Positions 11,021 through 20,949 of a stretch of DNA of 64,000 nt are shown one piece after another. Within the stretch, counting starts at the first letter, position 1, and each line of letters begins with the position of its first letter. Origin of the DNA: Synechococcus sp. (GTDB lineage Bacteria > Cyanobacteriota > Cyanobacteriia > PCC-6307 > Cyanobiaceae); the NCBI GenBank assembly GCA_047285805.1, contig JBJBCN010000002.1, forward strand, positions 32,001 through 96,000. The letters are read 5' to 3'. The position numbers and the translations under genes are program-made. Under the pieces are notes generated by a model. It had not been told where the DNA came from. It worked only from the letters and a program-made list of their open reading frames with translations, and did no database searches.

Positions 11021-11533
11021 TTGACCCGGTCTCTTGATCTGCCGGCCCTCGACCGGATCGACACCCTGGCTCAAGAGCTGGCGATGCTCCAGGACAAGAG
11101 CAAGCGCCGTATTGCCATCCTCGGCAGTCGCCACGTCCCGGTGGTTTCGGTTCATCTGGTGGAGTTGGTGGCTCGCTCCCTGGCCCAAGAGGGACACAGC
11201 TTGATTACGTCGGGTTCCCAGGGCGTGAACGCCGCTGTGATTCGTGGCGTCCTCGAGGTCGACCCGTTACGGCTGACCGTTCTTTTGCCCCAGAGCCTGG
11301 ATCGCCAGCCCCGCGAATCCCGTGATCAGCTCGATCGAGTCCTGCATCTCGTGGAAAAACCCGAGAACGACGAGTTGCCGTTGCCGATGGCCAGCAGCCT
11401 CTGCAACCAGGAGATCATCCGCCGCTGCGACCAGCTGATTTGCTACGCCTTCCACGACAGTGAGACCCTGCTGACCAGCTGCCGGACCGCGGAGGACATG
11501 GGGAAGGTGGTCAGCCTGATGTTCTTCGATTGA
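11021..11533 (+). CDS. SLOG/DprA-like Rossmann protein (DNA recombination-mediator A family)
   Basis: IAILGSRH, LITSGSQGVNAAVIRG, CNQEII..CDQLICYAFHDS. Confidence 0.75.
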   Translation: MTRSLDLPALDRIDTLAQELAMLQDKSKRRIAILGSRHVPVVSVHLVELVARSLAQEGHSLITSGSQGVNAAVIRGVLEVDPLRLTVLLPQSLDRQPRESRDQLDRVLHLVEKPENDELPLPMASSLCNQEIIRRCDQLICYAFHDSETLLTSCRTAEDMGKVVSLMFFD

Positions 11534-11542
11534 CCCTGCTGC

Positions 11543-11959
11543 TCAGTTGGCTGCGGCAATGATGCTCTGCAGTCCTTCCCAATAGAGAAGGCCCGCGCAG
11601 GTCATCGCACCGGCCCAGCAGAGGGACCGGACCGGGGGGAGGTTGGCGACATAGGCCGCGATGTAGCCCAGCCGCAGGGCCGGATAGATCCAGGCGGCGG
11701 CGATGGCTACCGGTGAGCTGACCCCTGCGATCAGGCAGATCAGAGCTGCTGGGGCATAGATGGTGAAGGCCTCGAAGCTGTTGAGGTGCGCCCAGTTGGC
11801 CCGCTTACCCCAGTCCGGCAGCCGCTCGGCCATGGCCCGAGGGGCGGCGAGGTCACTCAGCTGGAAGTCCGCCTTGGAGCGGGCGGCTCCGAGGGGGACC
11901 AGGCTGGAGACCACGACACCGGCGCTGAGGAAAAGCGACCAGGCAAAGGCGGGATGCAT
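11543..11959 (-). CDS. MAPEG family membrane protein
   Basis: RANWAHLNSFEAF motif, R..YI.AY and RSLCW, 4 TM segments. Confidence 0.85.
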   Translation of the reverse strand: MHPAFAWSLFLSAGVVVSSLVPLGAARSKADFQLSDLAAPRAMAERLPDWGKRANWAHLNSFEAFTIYAPAALICLIAGVSSPVAIAAAWIYPALRLGYIAAYVANLPPVRSLCWAGAMTCAGLLYWEGLQSIIAAAN

Positions 11960-12023
11960 CGGAGCCAGAGTGCTCGGGTTGCCTCCTTTTCTAGGCTGGA
12001 CCCGGTTCACCCCGCGCGACCGC

Positions 12024-12515
12024 ATGGCCTCCAGCTACTCCTTCGACGTCGTCTCCGATTTCGATTGGCAGGAATTGGTGAACACCCTCGATCAAGTGCG
12101 CCGCGACGTTTCGACCCGCTACGACCTCAAGGATTCCGCTACCGAGTTGGACCTGGAAGAGACCAGCTTCACCATCACGACCGCCAGCGATATGACCCTC
12201 CAGGCCGTGGAGGACGTGCTGCGTCAGAAGGCGACCAGGCGCAATCTGTCCCTGAAGATCTTTGATTTCCAAACCCCCGAGCCCGTGGGCGGAAACAAGG
12301 TCAAGCAGGTGGTGAAATTGCGAAAAGGACTCACCCAGGACCTAGCGAAAAAGCTCAGCAAAACCATCCGCGACGAGCTCAGCAAAGTCACCGTGGCCAT
12401 CCAAGGTGATGCGCTGCGGGTGACCGGCAAAAGCAAAGATGACCTGCAGGCGGTGATCCAGCTGCTCAAAGATCAGGACGTGGAAGTGCCCCTTCAGTTC
12501 CAGAACTACCGCTAA
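12024..12515 (+). CDS. yajQ: YajQ family nucleotide-binding protein
   Basis: SFDVVS...RYDLK...IQGDALRVTGKSKDDLQ...LQFQNYR. Confidence 0.95.
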   Translation: MASSYSFDVVSDFDWQELVNTLDQVRRDVSTRYDLKDSATELDLEETSFTITTASDMTLQAVEDVLRQKATRRNLSLKIFDFQTPEPVGGNKVKQVVKLRKGLTQDLAKKLSKTIRDELSKVTVAIQGDALRVTGKSKDDLQAVIQLLKDQDVEVPLQFQNYR

Positions 12516-12536
12516 ATCGCGCCCTTTCGTCAGCCC

Positions 12537-15500
12537 ATGAGCCGCTCTGGCTGGCACTTTTGGATTGATCGAGGCGGCACCTTTACCGATGTCGTTGCCC
12601 GTTCCCCTTATGGAGAGCTGACGGTCGTCAAGGTGCTTTCGGAGCAACCCGACAGGCCGGGAGATCCCGCCGTGCGGGTGATTCGCGATTGCTTGGATCT
12701 GCCTGCCTCAGAACCCATTCCCGCGGGGCTGGTGGCGGAGGTGCGCCTGGGAACCACCGTGGCCACCAATGCCTTCTTGGAGCGGGGTGGTGCCCCCACT
12801 CTGTTGCTGATCAACCAAGGCTTTGCCGATCTGCTCGCGATCGGTGATCAGCACCGCCCTGACCTGTTTGCTCTTGCCATCCGCCGTCCCCAGCCGCTGC
12901 AGGGGCGGGTGGTCGAGGTCCAGGGCCGTTTGGCCGCCGACGGTGCTGAGCTCCAACCCCTCGTGCTGGATCAGGCCCTCGAGGCCGCTGTCTCCGCGGC
13001 GAAGGCCGATGGCTACCGCAGTGTTGCCGTTGCCCTGCTGCACAGCGCCATCAATGGGAGCCATGAGCAGCAACTCGGCTCCTGGTTGGAGTCGTTTGGC
13101 TTTGAGCATGTGGCGCTCTCCCACCAGGTGAGTCCCTTACCCCGTTTGGTGCCCCGCGGGCAAACGACGGTGCTCGAGGCCTCCGTGGGTCCAGTCCTGC
13201 AGGGGTATCTCCATCAGGTGCAGCAGGCTCTCGGCCCCGCAGTGCCGCTGCGGGTGATGCAGTCCAGTGGGGTCCTGGCCGCCCCGTCAGCCCTGCGCGC
13301 CAAGGACACGATCCTCTCCGGACCTGCCGGCGGCTTGGTCGGCGCTGTGCGCACGGCGGCCCAGGCTGGCTTTGGCCGCATCGTCGGTTTTGACATGGGC
13401 GGGACGTCGACGGACGTCTGTTATTGCGATGGGCCTTGGCCGCGCCATGAGCAGGTGGAGCTCGAGGGGCTGCCGATTCAGTCGCCGATGCTGGCGATTC
13501 ACACTGTTGCTGCCGGTGGTGGATCTCGGTTGCAGTTCGATGGCGTTCGCCTGCGGGTGGGCCCCGAGTCGGCGGGGGCGGATCCGGGTCCGGCTTGCTA
13601 TCGCCGCGGTGGGCCCCTGACCGTGACCGACGCCAACCTGTTGCTGGGACGCTTGCAGGTCAATCAGTTTCCCGCGGTCTTTGGTCCCAGGGGTGATCAG
13701 CCCCTTGATGCTGCGGTCGTTCGCGAGCAGTTCGAGGCCCTCGGCGAGCGCCTGCTCTGCTCCGCGGAAGCCGCTGCCGAGGGAGCCTTGGAGCTTGCCC
13801 TTGAGCGGATGGCGGAGGCGATTCGCCGCATCTCGATCCAACAGGGCCATGACGTGCGTGAGGCGGTGCTCTGCTGCTTCGGTGGGGCCGGTGGTCAACA
13901 CGCCTGTGCATTAGCGGAACGGTTGGGGATGCAGCAGGTGCTGCTGCATCCCTTTGCGGGGGTGCTCTCGGCCTATGGGATTGGCTTGGCCGATGAGGGG
14001 CAGGTGCTCGAGCAGGCCTGCGGTCGCCCGCTTGCGGCCAGCAGCCTGGTAGAGCTCGAGGAGATCACCGCTGAAAGGCTTGCAGCCGTGCCGGCCGGGG
14101 CCAAGCTTCAGCGCACCCTGCAGCTGCGCTTGCCCGGACGGGATCAGTGCCTGCCGCTGCCGTGGCCCAGTCCTTGCCCCGGTGTCCAGGGGCTGCGGCA
14201 GCACTTCATCGCCCAGTTCCAGCAGCGCTATGGCTACCTCCCCATTGGGCATCCGCTGGAGATCGTCGTGGACCGCCTGAGTTTGGAGTTCAGCTGGCCA
14301 GGTGCCACCGCTTGGCCCAAGCCGACGGCCGTCGCCGAGGCCGTTGCCGAGGCGGTAGAGGTGCCCCTCTATCTCGATGGCGCCTGGCGAACCGCCGCCC
14401 TCTGGCAGCGAAACGCGATCGCGGCTGGTCAGGTACTGAAGGGGCCGGCCTTGATCTGCGAGGCCACGGGAACGAACCTGTTGCCGGCCGGCTGGAGTGC
14501 CCGTTGCTTGCCGGGTGGCGAACTGCTCCTGTCCTTCGAGCAAGCGGATCGTCTCAGCAGCAGCGCCGAGTGCGCCAGCGAACCCGACCCCGTCAATTTG
14601 GAATTGTTTGGCCATCGCTTCATGGCGATCGCCGAGCAGATGGGGACGCGGCTTCAGCAGACGAGCGTCTCGGTGAACATCAAGGAGCGCCTTGATTTCT
14701 CCTGTGCCTTGTTCGATGGCCGCGGGCGCCTGGTGGCCAATGCTCCGCACATCCCCGTGCACCTGGGCTCCATGGGCGAGAGCGTATTGGCCTTGATGCG
14801 GTCTTTGGAGAACGGGGAGCTGGAACCGTTGAAGCCTGGCGACGCGCTGGTCTCCAACAACCCCTTCAACGGCGGCACCCACCTGCCTGACCTCACGCTG
14901 ATCTCGCCGCTGTTTTCCCCCTCAGGGGGGGATCAGCCCGTGGCCTTCGTGGCCTCGCGCGGTCACCACGCCGATGTGGGAGGCATCACGCCCGGGTCGA
15001 TGCCGTCCAGTAGCCGTTCCATCTCTGAGGAGGGACTGCTCTTCGACAATGTTCCGCTGGTGCGCGGCGGTCGCTTGCTGGAGCAGTCCTGGCGTGAGCG
15101 CTTGGCTGAGGGCCCGTGGCCGGCCCGCAATCCCGATCAGCTTTTGGCGGACCTACAGGCCCAGCTGGCGGCGAACGATCTCGGGGTCCAGCGCCTCTTG
15201 GCCTTGATAGCAGCAGCGGGCGAGGAGCGGGTGCTCGCCTACATGGGCCACGTTCAGGACCAAGCGGCCGCGGCGGTGCGCCAGGTCTTGAGCCGACTGA
15301 CCGATGGGGACGCGCGGGTCCAGCTCGATGCGGGACCCGAAATCGTTGTGCGTCTGCTCGTGGATCGCGCGGCCCAGCGGGCCCGGATCGATTTCAGCGG
15401 CACTTCCCCTCAGATCGCAGGCAATCTCAATGCGCCCTTGGCGATCACTAAGGCGGTAGTGATTTACGTCTTCCGCACGCTGGTGCGTGAGTCGATTCCC

Positions 15501-16136
15501 CTGAATGCGGGCTGCTTTGACCCCCTCGAGTTGGTGGTGCCCGAGGGGTGTCTGCTGAACCCCCGGCCACCGGCCGCCGTGGTGGCTGGGAACGTCGAGA
15601 CCTCGCAGGCGGTGGCAAACGCCCTCTTCGCGGCGGTGGGGGCCCTAGCGGCGTCCCAGGGAACGATGAACAACCTGAGTTTTGGCAACGCCCGCTGCCA
15701 GTACTACGAGACGGTCTGCGGTGGGACCGGAGCGGGGGATGGGTTTGCGGGAACCGATGCGGTCCAGAGCCATATGACCAATTCCCGCCTGACCGATCCA
15801 GAGATCCTTGAGCAACGCTTGCCGGTGCGGCTCGAGCAATTTGCGATCCGCCGCGGCAGCGCGGGGGTCGGTCGCTGGCCAGGCGGTAACGGCGTGCTGC
15901 GCACCTTGACCGCCCTGGAGCCCCTGACCGCGTCCTTGTTGAGCGGCAGTCGCCTCGTTCCCCCCTTTGGACTGGCCGGCGGTGGTGCGGGGGCCTGCGG
16001 TCAGAACAGCCTGCGGCGGGCGGGGGCGGTGCAGATTGAGCTCCTTCCGGGCTCCACCCAGGTGGAGTTGCACCCTGGTGATCAACTGCACCTGGCCACC
16101 CCCGGTGGCGGTGCCTATGGAGCGATCGAGCCATGA
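12537..16136 (+). CDS. oplA: Single-chain ATP-dependent 5-oxoprolinase (hydantoinase A+B fusion)
   Basis: IDRGGTFTD, SGPAGG, DMGGTSTD, IHTVAAGGGS, NIKERLDFSCA, HIPVHLGSM, GGTHLPD, TPGGG; 1199 aa. Confidence 0.93.
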   Translation: MSRSGWHFWIDRGGTFTDVVARSPYGELTVVKVLSEQPDRPGDPAVRVIRDCLDLPASEPIPAGLVAEVRLGTTVATNAFLERGGAPTLLLINQGFADLLAIGDQHRPDLFALAIRRPQPLQGRVVEVQGRLAADGAELQPLVLDQALEAAVSAAKADGYRSVAVALLHSAINGSHEQQLGSWLESFGFEHVALSHQVSPLPRLVPRGQTTVLEASVGPVLQGYLHQVQQALGPAVPLRVMQSSGVLAAPSALRAKDTILSGPAGGLVGAVRTAAQAGFGRIVGFDMGGTSTDVCYCDGPWPRHEQVELEGLPIQSPMLAIHTVAAGGGSRLQFDGVRLRVGPESAGADPGPACYRRGGPLTVTDANLLLGRLQVNQFPAVFGPRGDQPLDAAVVREQFEALGERLLCSAEAAAEGALELALERMAEAIRRISIQQGHDVREAVLCCFGGAGGQHACALAERLGMQQVLLHPFAGVLSAYGIGLADEGQVLEQACGRPLAASSLVELEEITAERLAAVPAGAKLQRTLQLRLPGRDQCLPLPWPSPCPGVQGLRQHFIAQFQQRYGYLPIGHPLEIVVDRLSLEFSWPGATAWPKPTAVAEAVAEAVEVPLYLDGAWRTAALWQRNAIAAGQVLKGPALICEATGTNLLPAGWSARCLPGGELLLSFEQADRLSSSAECASEPDPVNLELFGHRFMAIAEQMGTRLQQTSVSVNIKERLDFSCALFDGRGRLVANAPHIPVHLGSMGESVLALMRSLENGELEPLKPGDALVSNNPFNGGTHLPDLTLISPLFSPSGGDQPVAFVASRGHHADVGGITPGSMPSSSRSISEEGLLFDNVPLVRGGRLLEQSWRERLAEGPWPARNPDQLLADLQAQLAANDLGVQRLLALIAAAGEERVLAYMGHVQDQAAAAVRQVLSRLTDGDARVQLDAGPEIVVRLLVDRAAQRARIDFSGTSPQIAGNLNAPLAITKAVVIYVFRTLVRESIPLNAGCFDPLELVVPEGCLLNPRPPAAVVAGNVETSQAVANALFAAVGALAASQGTMNNLSFGNARCQYYETVCGGTGAGDGFAGTDAVQSHMTNSRLTDPEILEQRLPVRLEQFAIRRGSAGVGRWPGGNGVLRTLTALEPLTASLLSGSRLVPPFGLAGGGAGACGQNSLRRAGAVQIELLPGSTQVELHPGDQLHLATPGGGAYGAIEP

Positions 16137-17965
16137 CTCAGCCATCACGCCTTGCGCTGGGCCTCGCCGCGGTCGCCGTGGCGTTTCCCGATCCCGGCCT
16201 CGCGAACCTGTTGCAGGAGCGCATTCAACGCTTCCATCCGGTGGAGTCCTCCGCGGGAATCGTGGCGGCCCAGGAGGCCCAGGCCGCGGCGGTCGGCGCC
16301 CAGATCCTGAGGGAGGGCGGCAATGCCGTCGATGCGGCGGTGGCCACTTCCTTTGCCTTGGCGGTGACCTTGCCCCAGGCGGGGAATCTGGGGGGAGGAG
16401 GTTTTCTCGTGCTGTGGCTGCCCAAGCAGGGACCCATTACGACCTGCGCCGCCGCCGCCCGGGGGCCCCAGCTTCCTGAGGCCATCAACCTGGGCCGCGG
16501 CGAGGCCGTGGCCCTGAACTTCCGCGAGAAGGCTCCGCTGAAGGCCGGACCGGACCTGTTCTTGAACTCCGATGGCTCGGTCAATCGGCGCTTGGCCCTG
16601 CGCAGCCTGCTCAGCACGGGGGTGCCGGGCACCGTAGCGGGCTTGACCCAGGTGCAGCAGCGCTACGGCTGTCTGCCACTGGCGACGGTGATGCAGCCGG
16701 CGATTCGCCTTGCGGAGAACGGCTTTGCGGTGGGGCCGGAGTTGAGCGCTTCCTTGAAAGCGGCCGCACCAGTCCTGAAGGCCGACTCCAGCAGTGCCGC
16801 CCAGTTCTTCAAGGCCGGTGGTGCGCCCTACCTCCCCGGTCAGCTGTTGAAGCAACCGCTGCTGGCGGCCAGCCTGCGCTGCATCGCCCAGCAGGGCGCC
16901 CGCTGCTTCTACAGCGGCCCCTTGGCCCAGGCCCTGGTCGGCTTGATGCAGGACCAAGGCGGTCTGATCAGCCGGGAGGATCTGGAGCGCTACCAGGCCC
17001 CTTGGATGCGTCCGCTGCACGGCAAGTTCCGTGGCCATCCGGTACTGACCATGCCCCCACCCAGCGGCGGCGGCGCCACCCTGCTGCAGCTGCTCAACGT
17101 CCTGGAGCCGCTGCAGCTCCAGACCACGGGGCTCAACAGTGCGGAGACGATTCACCGGATGGTCGAGGCGATGAACCTGGCCTACCGGGATCGCAATCGG
17201 CTGCTGGGGGATCCCGATCAGGTGGCGATGCCACTGGATCGTCTCCTCAGCACGCGCTATGCCGATCTCCAACGGCGACAGATCCGGTTGGACCGTCATC
17301 GCCCCGCCGTAGAACTCGAAGCCGAACCCCTTCCGCTTCACGGCGGTAGCAACACGACTCACCTCTCGGTGGTGGACCGTGATGGGGGGATGGTGAGCAC
17401 GACCACCACCTTGAACACGGCCTACGGCAATGGCATCTCCGTTCCTGGCGCGGGCTTCCTGCTCAACAACGAGATGGATGACTTCACGGCCAAGCCAGGC
17501 GCGTCCAATGCCTATGGCTTGCGTCAGGGCAGTCAGAACGCCATCGCTCCAGAGCGCCGCCCCCTCAGCTCCATGACCCCCACCCTGGTTTTTGACAAGG
17601 ATGGTCGTCCGTTGCTGGCGACTGGCAGCCCCGGGGGAAGTCGAATCATCACCACAGTGCTGCAGGTGCTGCTGAACCGGTTGGTCCACGGCCTCAACCT
17701 GGCTTCAGCCGTGGCCGAGACCCGGATTCATAGCCAACTTTGGCCCGACCAGATCAGCGCTGAGCAGGGGTTGAGTCCGGATACCTGGCGCTTACTGGAG
17801 CAGCGCGGGCACCGGATCAAGCTGCGTCCGGCGATGGGATCGGCGAACTCCGCTGAGGTGCTCTACGGGAAGGACCTTCAGGCCGTTCCCTTTGGCAGTT
17901 TGGGTGTGGCAGACCCCCGGCGACCGGATGCGGCGGCCGTGCCCGAGCGCCGTCAAGCCGATTGA
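16133..17965 (+). CDS. ggt: Gamma-glutamyltranspeptidase (exported)
   Basis: Signal-peptide-like N-terminus, GGNAVDAAVA, GNLGGGGF, catalytic TTH, LNNEMDDF, PLSSMTP, GSPGG. Confidence 0.97.
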   Translation: MTQPSRLALGLAAVAVAFPDPGLANLLQERIQRFHPVESSAGIVAAQEAQAAAVGAQILREGGNAVDAAVATSFALAVTLPQAGNLGGGGFLVLWLPKQGPITTCAAAARGPQLPEAINLGRGEAVALNFREKAPLKAGPDLFLNSDGSVNRRLALRSLLSTGVPGTVAGLTQVQQRYGCLPLATVMQPAIRLAENGFAVGPELSASLKAAAPVLKADSSSAAQFFKAGGAPYLPGQLLKQPLLAASLRCIAQQGARCFYSGPLAQALVGLMQDQGGLISREDLERYQAPWMRPLHGKFRGHPVLTMPPPSGGGATLLQLLNVLEPLQLQTTGLNSAETIHRMVEAMNLAYRDRNRLLGDPDQVAMPLDRLLSTRYADLQRRQIRLDRHRPAVELEAEPLPLHGGSNTTHLSVVDRDGGMVSTTTTLNTAYGNGISVPGAGFLLNNEMDDFTAKPGASNAYGLRQGSQNAIAPERRPLSSMTPTLVFDKDGRPLLATGSPGGSRIITTVLQVLLNRLVHGLNLASAVAETRIHSQLWPDQISAEQGLSPDTWRLLEQRGHRIKLRPAMGSANSAEVLYGKDLQAVPFGSLGVADPRRPDAAAVPERRQAD

Positions 17966-19326
17966 AGGATGGACGGCAGCCAGTTCACCAAGGATGGGAA
18001 GCACACGATCAGCAGCAGAACGGCCAGCTGAACCCCGATGAAGGGCCACGCTCCGCGATAGATCGCTTGGGTGCTGACGTCTTTGGGGGCCACGCCCCGC
18101 AGGAAGAAGAGGGCAAAGCCGAAGGGCGGTGAGAGGAAGGAGGTCTGAAGGTTGGCGCCAATCAGCACGCCAAACCAGATCAGCGACTCCGGTCCAAGCA
18201 GCTGCCGGGCGCTGGGCAGCAGCAAGGGCAAGACGATGAAGGCGATCTCAAAGAAGTCGATGAAGAAGCCCAGGCCGAAGATCACGGCCATGCTCAACAG
18301 CAAAAAGCCGGCTTTGCCCCCCGGCAGGTTGAGTAGCAGATCGCTGATCAGATGATCGCCGCCGACGCCGCGGAATACCAGGCTGAAGGCCGTTGACCCC
18401 AGCAGGATGGCCATCACCATCGCGGTGGTGCGTAGGGTGTCGTCGCAGACCTGGCTTAGGCCGCGGCGGTTCAGTCCACCCTGTAGGGAAGCGAGGGCCA
18501 TCGCGCCGATGGCGCCAATAGCACCGGCTTCCGTCGGGGTGGCCAGGCCAAAAAAGATGCTGCCCAGCACCAGCAGGATCAAACCCAGGGGCGGTAGCAG
18601 CACCCGCAACAGCTGCTGGCCGCTGGGCCGCTCGGCGCTGGGATCTGTGTCGACGGGGGGGGCCAGCTTGGGCTTCAGGCTGCTGACGCTCACGACGTAT
18701 AGGGCAAAGCCCGTGGTCATCAACAACCCGGGGATGAGCGAGCCCAGGAAGAGGTCGCCGACGGACACGCCGAGCTGGTCGGCGAGTACCACAAGGACGA
18801 TGCTCGGCGGAATGATCTGGCCCAAGGTGCCCGAGGCGGCGATTACGCCGGTGGCCAACGAACGGTCGTATCCCGCCCTTAGCATCACCGGCAAGGAGAT
18901 GAGCCCCATCGTCGTCACCGTGGCGGCGACGACACCGGTGGTGGCGGCGAGAATTGCCCCCACCAGCACGACGGCCAGCGCGAGACCGCCGCGGACGCCA
19001 CGCAGCAGTTGCCCCATGGCCACCAGCAGGCGTTCAGCGATGCCCGAGCGCTCGAGCATCGTCCCCATGAAGACGAAGGCCGGAATCGCCAGCAACGTGA
19101 AGTTGCTCATGATCCCGAAGATCCGCTGCGGCAGAGCCGTGAGGAACTGGGGATCAATCACCCCAAAGGCCATTCCCAGCAGCGCAAACAGCACCGAGAT
19201 GCCGCCAAGGCCGAAGGCCACCGGATAGCCGCTCAATAGCGCCAGCACCAGGGCGATGAACATGGCCGGTCCCAGGACTTCACCCGGGAACAACGTGATG
19301 ACGTAGCCGAAGGCCTCGAGTTCCAT
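17953..19326 (-). CDS. dctM: TRAP transporter large permease (DctM)
   Basis: GTLGQIIPPS, TPTEA, FFIDFFEI, SPPFG; multi-TM. Confidence 0.93.
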   Translation of the reverse strand: MELEAFGYVITLFPGEVLGPAMFIALVLALLSGYPVAFGLGGISVLFALLGMAFGVIDPQFLTALPQRIFGIMSNFTLLAIPAFVFMGTMLERSGIAERLLVAMGQLLRGVRGGLALAVVLVGAILAATTGVVAATVTTMGLISLPVMLRAGYDRSLATGVIAASGTLGQIIPPSIVLVVLADQLGVSVGDLFLGSLIPGLLMTTGFALYVVSVSSLKPKLAPPVDTDPSAERPSGQQLLRVLLPPLGLILLVLGSIFFGLATPTEAGAIGAIGAMALASLQGGLNRRGLSQVCDDTLRTTAMVMAILLGSTAFSLVFRGVGGDHLISDLLLNLPGGKAGFLLLSMAVIFGLGFFIDFFEIAFIVLPLLLPSARQLLGPESLIWFGVLIGANLQTSFLSPPFGFALFFLRGVAPKDVSTQAIYRGAWPFIGVQLAVLLLIVCFPSLVNWLPSILQSA

Positions 19327-19832
19327 CAGCGCTCACGCCGCAAGCGCAGCGCCTGGGCCAGGCCCTGCAGGCCTAGCAGGCCGAAGCCCAGAGGAATCAG
19401 GCTCTTGATCCAGTAGCGTGGCAGGCCGTTGGGATCGGGGGACTGCTCCCAGATCTGCCAGGACTGCACGGCGGGCAGAAGGGAGACCAGAAGCACCATG
19501 ACCGCGAAGGGGAGGAGCAGTAGCAGCGTGCCGCCCAGTTCAATGCGCCGTTGCTTGCGGGCCGACCAGCGGCTTTGGAGCACATCCACTCGGACATGGC
19601 CGTTGCGTTGGAGCGTGTAGCCCAGCCCCAGCAAAAAGGCCACGGAGAAAAGGGCCCACTGGGCTTCGATCAAGGCGTTGGAGCTCAGGCTCATCCCCAG
19701 GGCGACGCCGAGGTAGCGCCCGACCACATTCCAGGCGCCGACCACCAACATCAGCAGGATCGACCAGCGGCCAATCCAGGCGGCGCACTGATTGAGGCGA
19801 TTGATCTGAGCAGGCCAATCGATGCGTGCCAT
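19326..19832 (-). CDS. dctQ: TRAP transporter small permease (DctQ)
   Basis: 4 TM segments, GHVRVD motif, located between dctP and dctM. Confidence 0.9.
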   Translation of the reverse strand: MARIDWPAQINRLNQCAAWIGRWSILLMLVVGAWNVVGRYLGVALGMSLSSNALIEAQWALFSVAFLLGLGYTLQRNGHVRVDVLQSRWSARKQRRIELGGTLLLLLPFAVMVLLVSLLPAVQSWQIWEQSPDPNGLPRYWIKSLIPLGFGLLGLQGLAQALRLRRER

Positions 19833-20947
19833 CAGCGGGGTTGGCTGTAGCTGAAGCTGGCGTAGGAAAGCTGGTTGACCCGGTTCCAGGCCCAGATTTG
19901 ATCGCGGAAGTTCTGCCAGCCCCCGTAGATCGTTTTGAAGTCCTGGTTCGCCCGCGATGTGTCGGCGTAGAGCTGATCGCTGGCTGCGCGGGCCTCCTTC
20001 AAGATCGCCTCGTCGTAGGGCCGTAGTTGGGTCCCGCTGCTGATCAGCCGCTGCAGGGCTTCGCCGTTCAGGCTGTCGTAACGGCTCAGCATCGAGAGGT
20101 TCGCTTCGTAGCAGGCCGTGCTGAACATCGCCTGGTAGTCATCGGGGAGGCTGCGCCAGGCCCGTTGGTTGACCAGGGCCGCGAGGGTCGGTCCCGGTTC
20201 CCACCATCCCGGGTAGTAGTAGAAGCGGGCCGCCCGCGGCAGGCCGAGCTTCTCGTCGTCATAGGGGCCCGTCCATTCCGCGGCATCGATGGCACCGCGG
20301 TCGAGGGCAAGGTAGATCTCTCCGCCTGGGAGCACCTGGACATTGACGCCGAGGGAGGCCATGACCCTGCCCCCCAAGCCAGGGATGCGCATCTTCAAGC
20401 CCCGCAGCGACTGGAGACCCTCCAGTTGCCGCTTAAACCAGCCCCCCATTTGCGCCCCGGTGTTGCCCGCAGGGAAGCTGAGCACGCCGAAATCGGCGTA
20501 GAGACGGTTGATCGCTTCATTGCCGCCGCCCTCGTAGAGCCAAGCGTTTTGCTGCTGTGCCGTGAGGCCAAAGGGCACGGAGGTGCCGAAGGCCAGTGCG
20601 GGGTTCTTGCCGACGTAGTAGTAGCTGGATGTGTGGCCGCATTCGACTGAGCCGTTCTGGACGGCATCGAGCACCTCGAGGCCAGGCACCAGTTCACCGG
20701 CGGCGTAGGGCTCGATCTGGAAGTGGCCGTCGCTGAGTTCGGCGATCCGGCGGCTGATGGTCTGGGCGCCGCCAAAAATCGTCTCGAGGGAGTGTGGCCA
20801 GCTGGTGGCCATTCGCCAGCGGACCTGAGGCCGGGCGAATCCGGAGGCCTCACCGGCCTTGCGAATGCGGCAGGCCCCGAGAAGTCCGGCGCCACCTGCC
20901 GAGCCGGCCGCTGTGGCAGCAGCCCGGAGCAGGCCCCGCCGTTGCAT
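19832..20947 (-). CDS. dctP: TRAP substrate-binding protein, TakP-like (2-oxoacid/monocarboxylate)
   Basis: Tat-like RRGLL plus lipobox LGAC; WRMATSWP, GNTGAQMGGWF, KMRIPG, DAAEW, GWWEPG. Confidence 0.88.
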   Translation of the reverse strand: MQRRGLLRAAATAAGSAGGAGLLGACRIRKAGEASGFARPQVRWRMATSWPHSLETIFGGAQTISRRIAELSDGHFQIEPYAAGELVPGLEVLDAVQNGSVECGHTSSYYYVGKNPALAFGTSVPFGLTAQQQNAWLYEGGGNEAINRLYADFGVLSFPAGNTGAQMGGWFKRQLEGLQSLRGLKMRIPGLGGRVMASLGVNVQVLPGGEIYLALDRGAIDAAEWTGPYDDEKLGLPRAARFYYYPGWWEPGPTLAALVNQRAWRSLPDDYQAMFSTACYEANLSMLSRYDSLNGEALQRLISSGTQLRPYDEAILKEARAASDQLYADTSRANQDFKTIYGGWQNFRDQIWAWNRVNQLSYASFSYSQPR

Positions 20948-20949
20948 GG

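Noticed and set aside
16145..17689. Long antisense ORFs (514 aa here; also 4962..6197, 13911..14882, 26899..28011, 51057..51935)
   Set aside because: Typical high-GC shadow frames opposite well-supported genes, with no recognisable motifs
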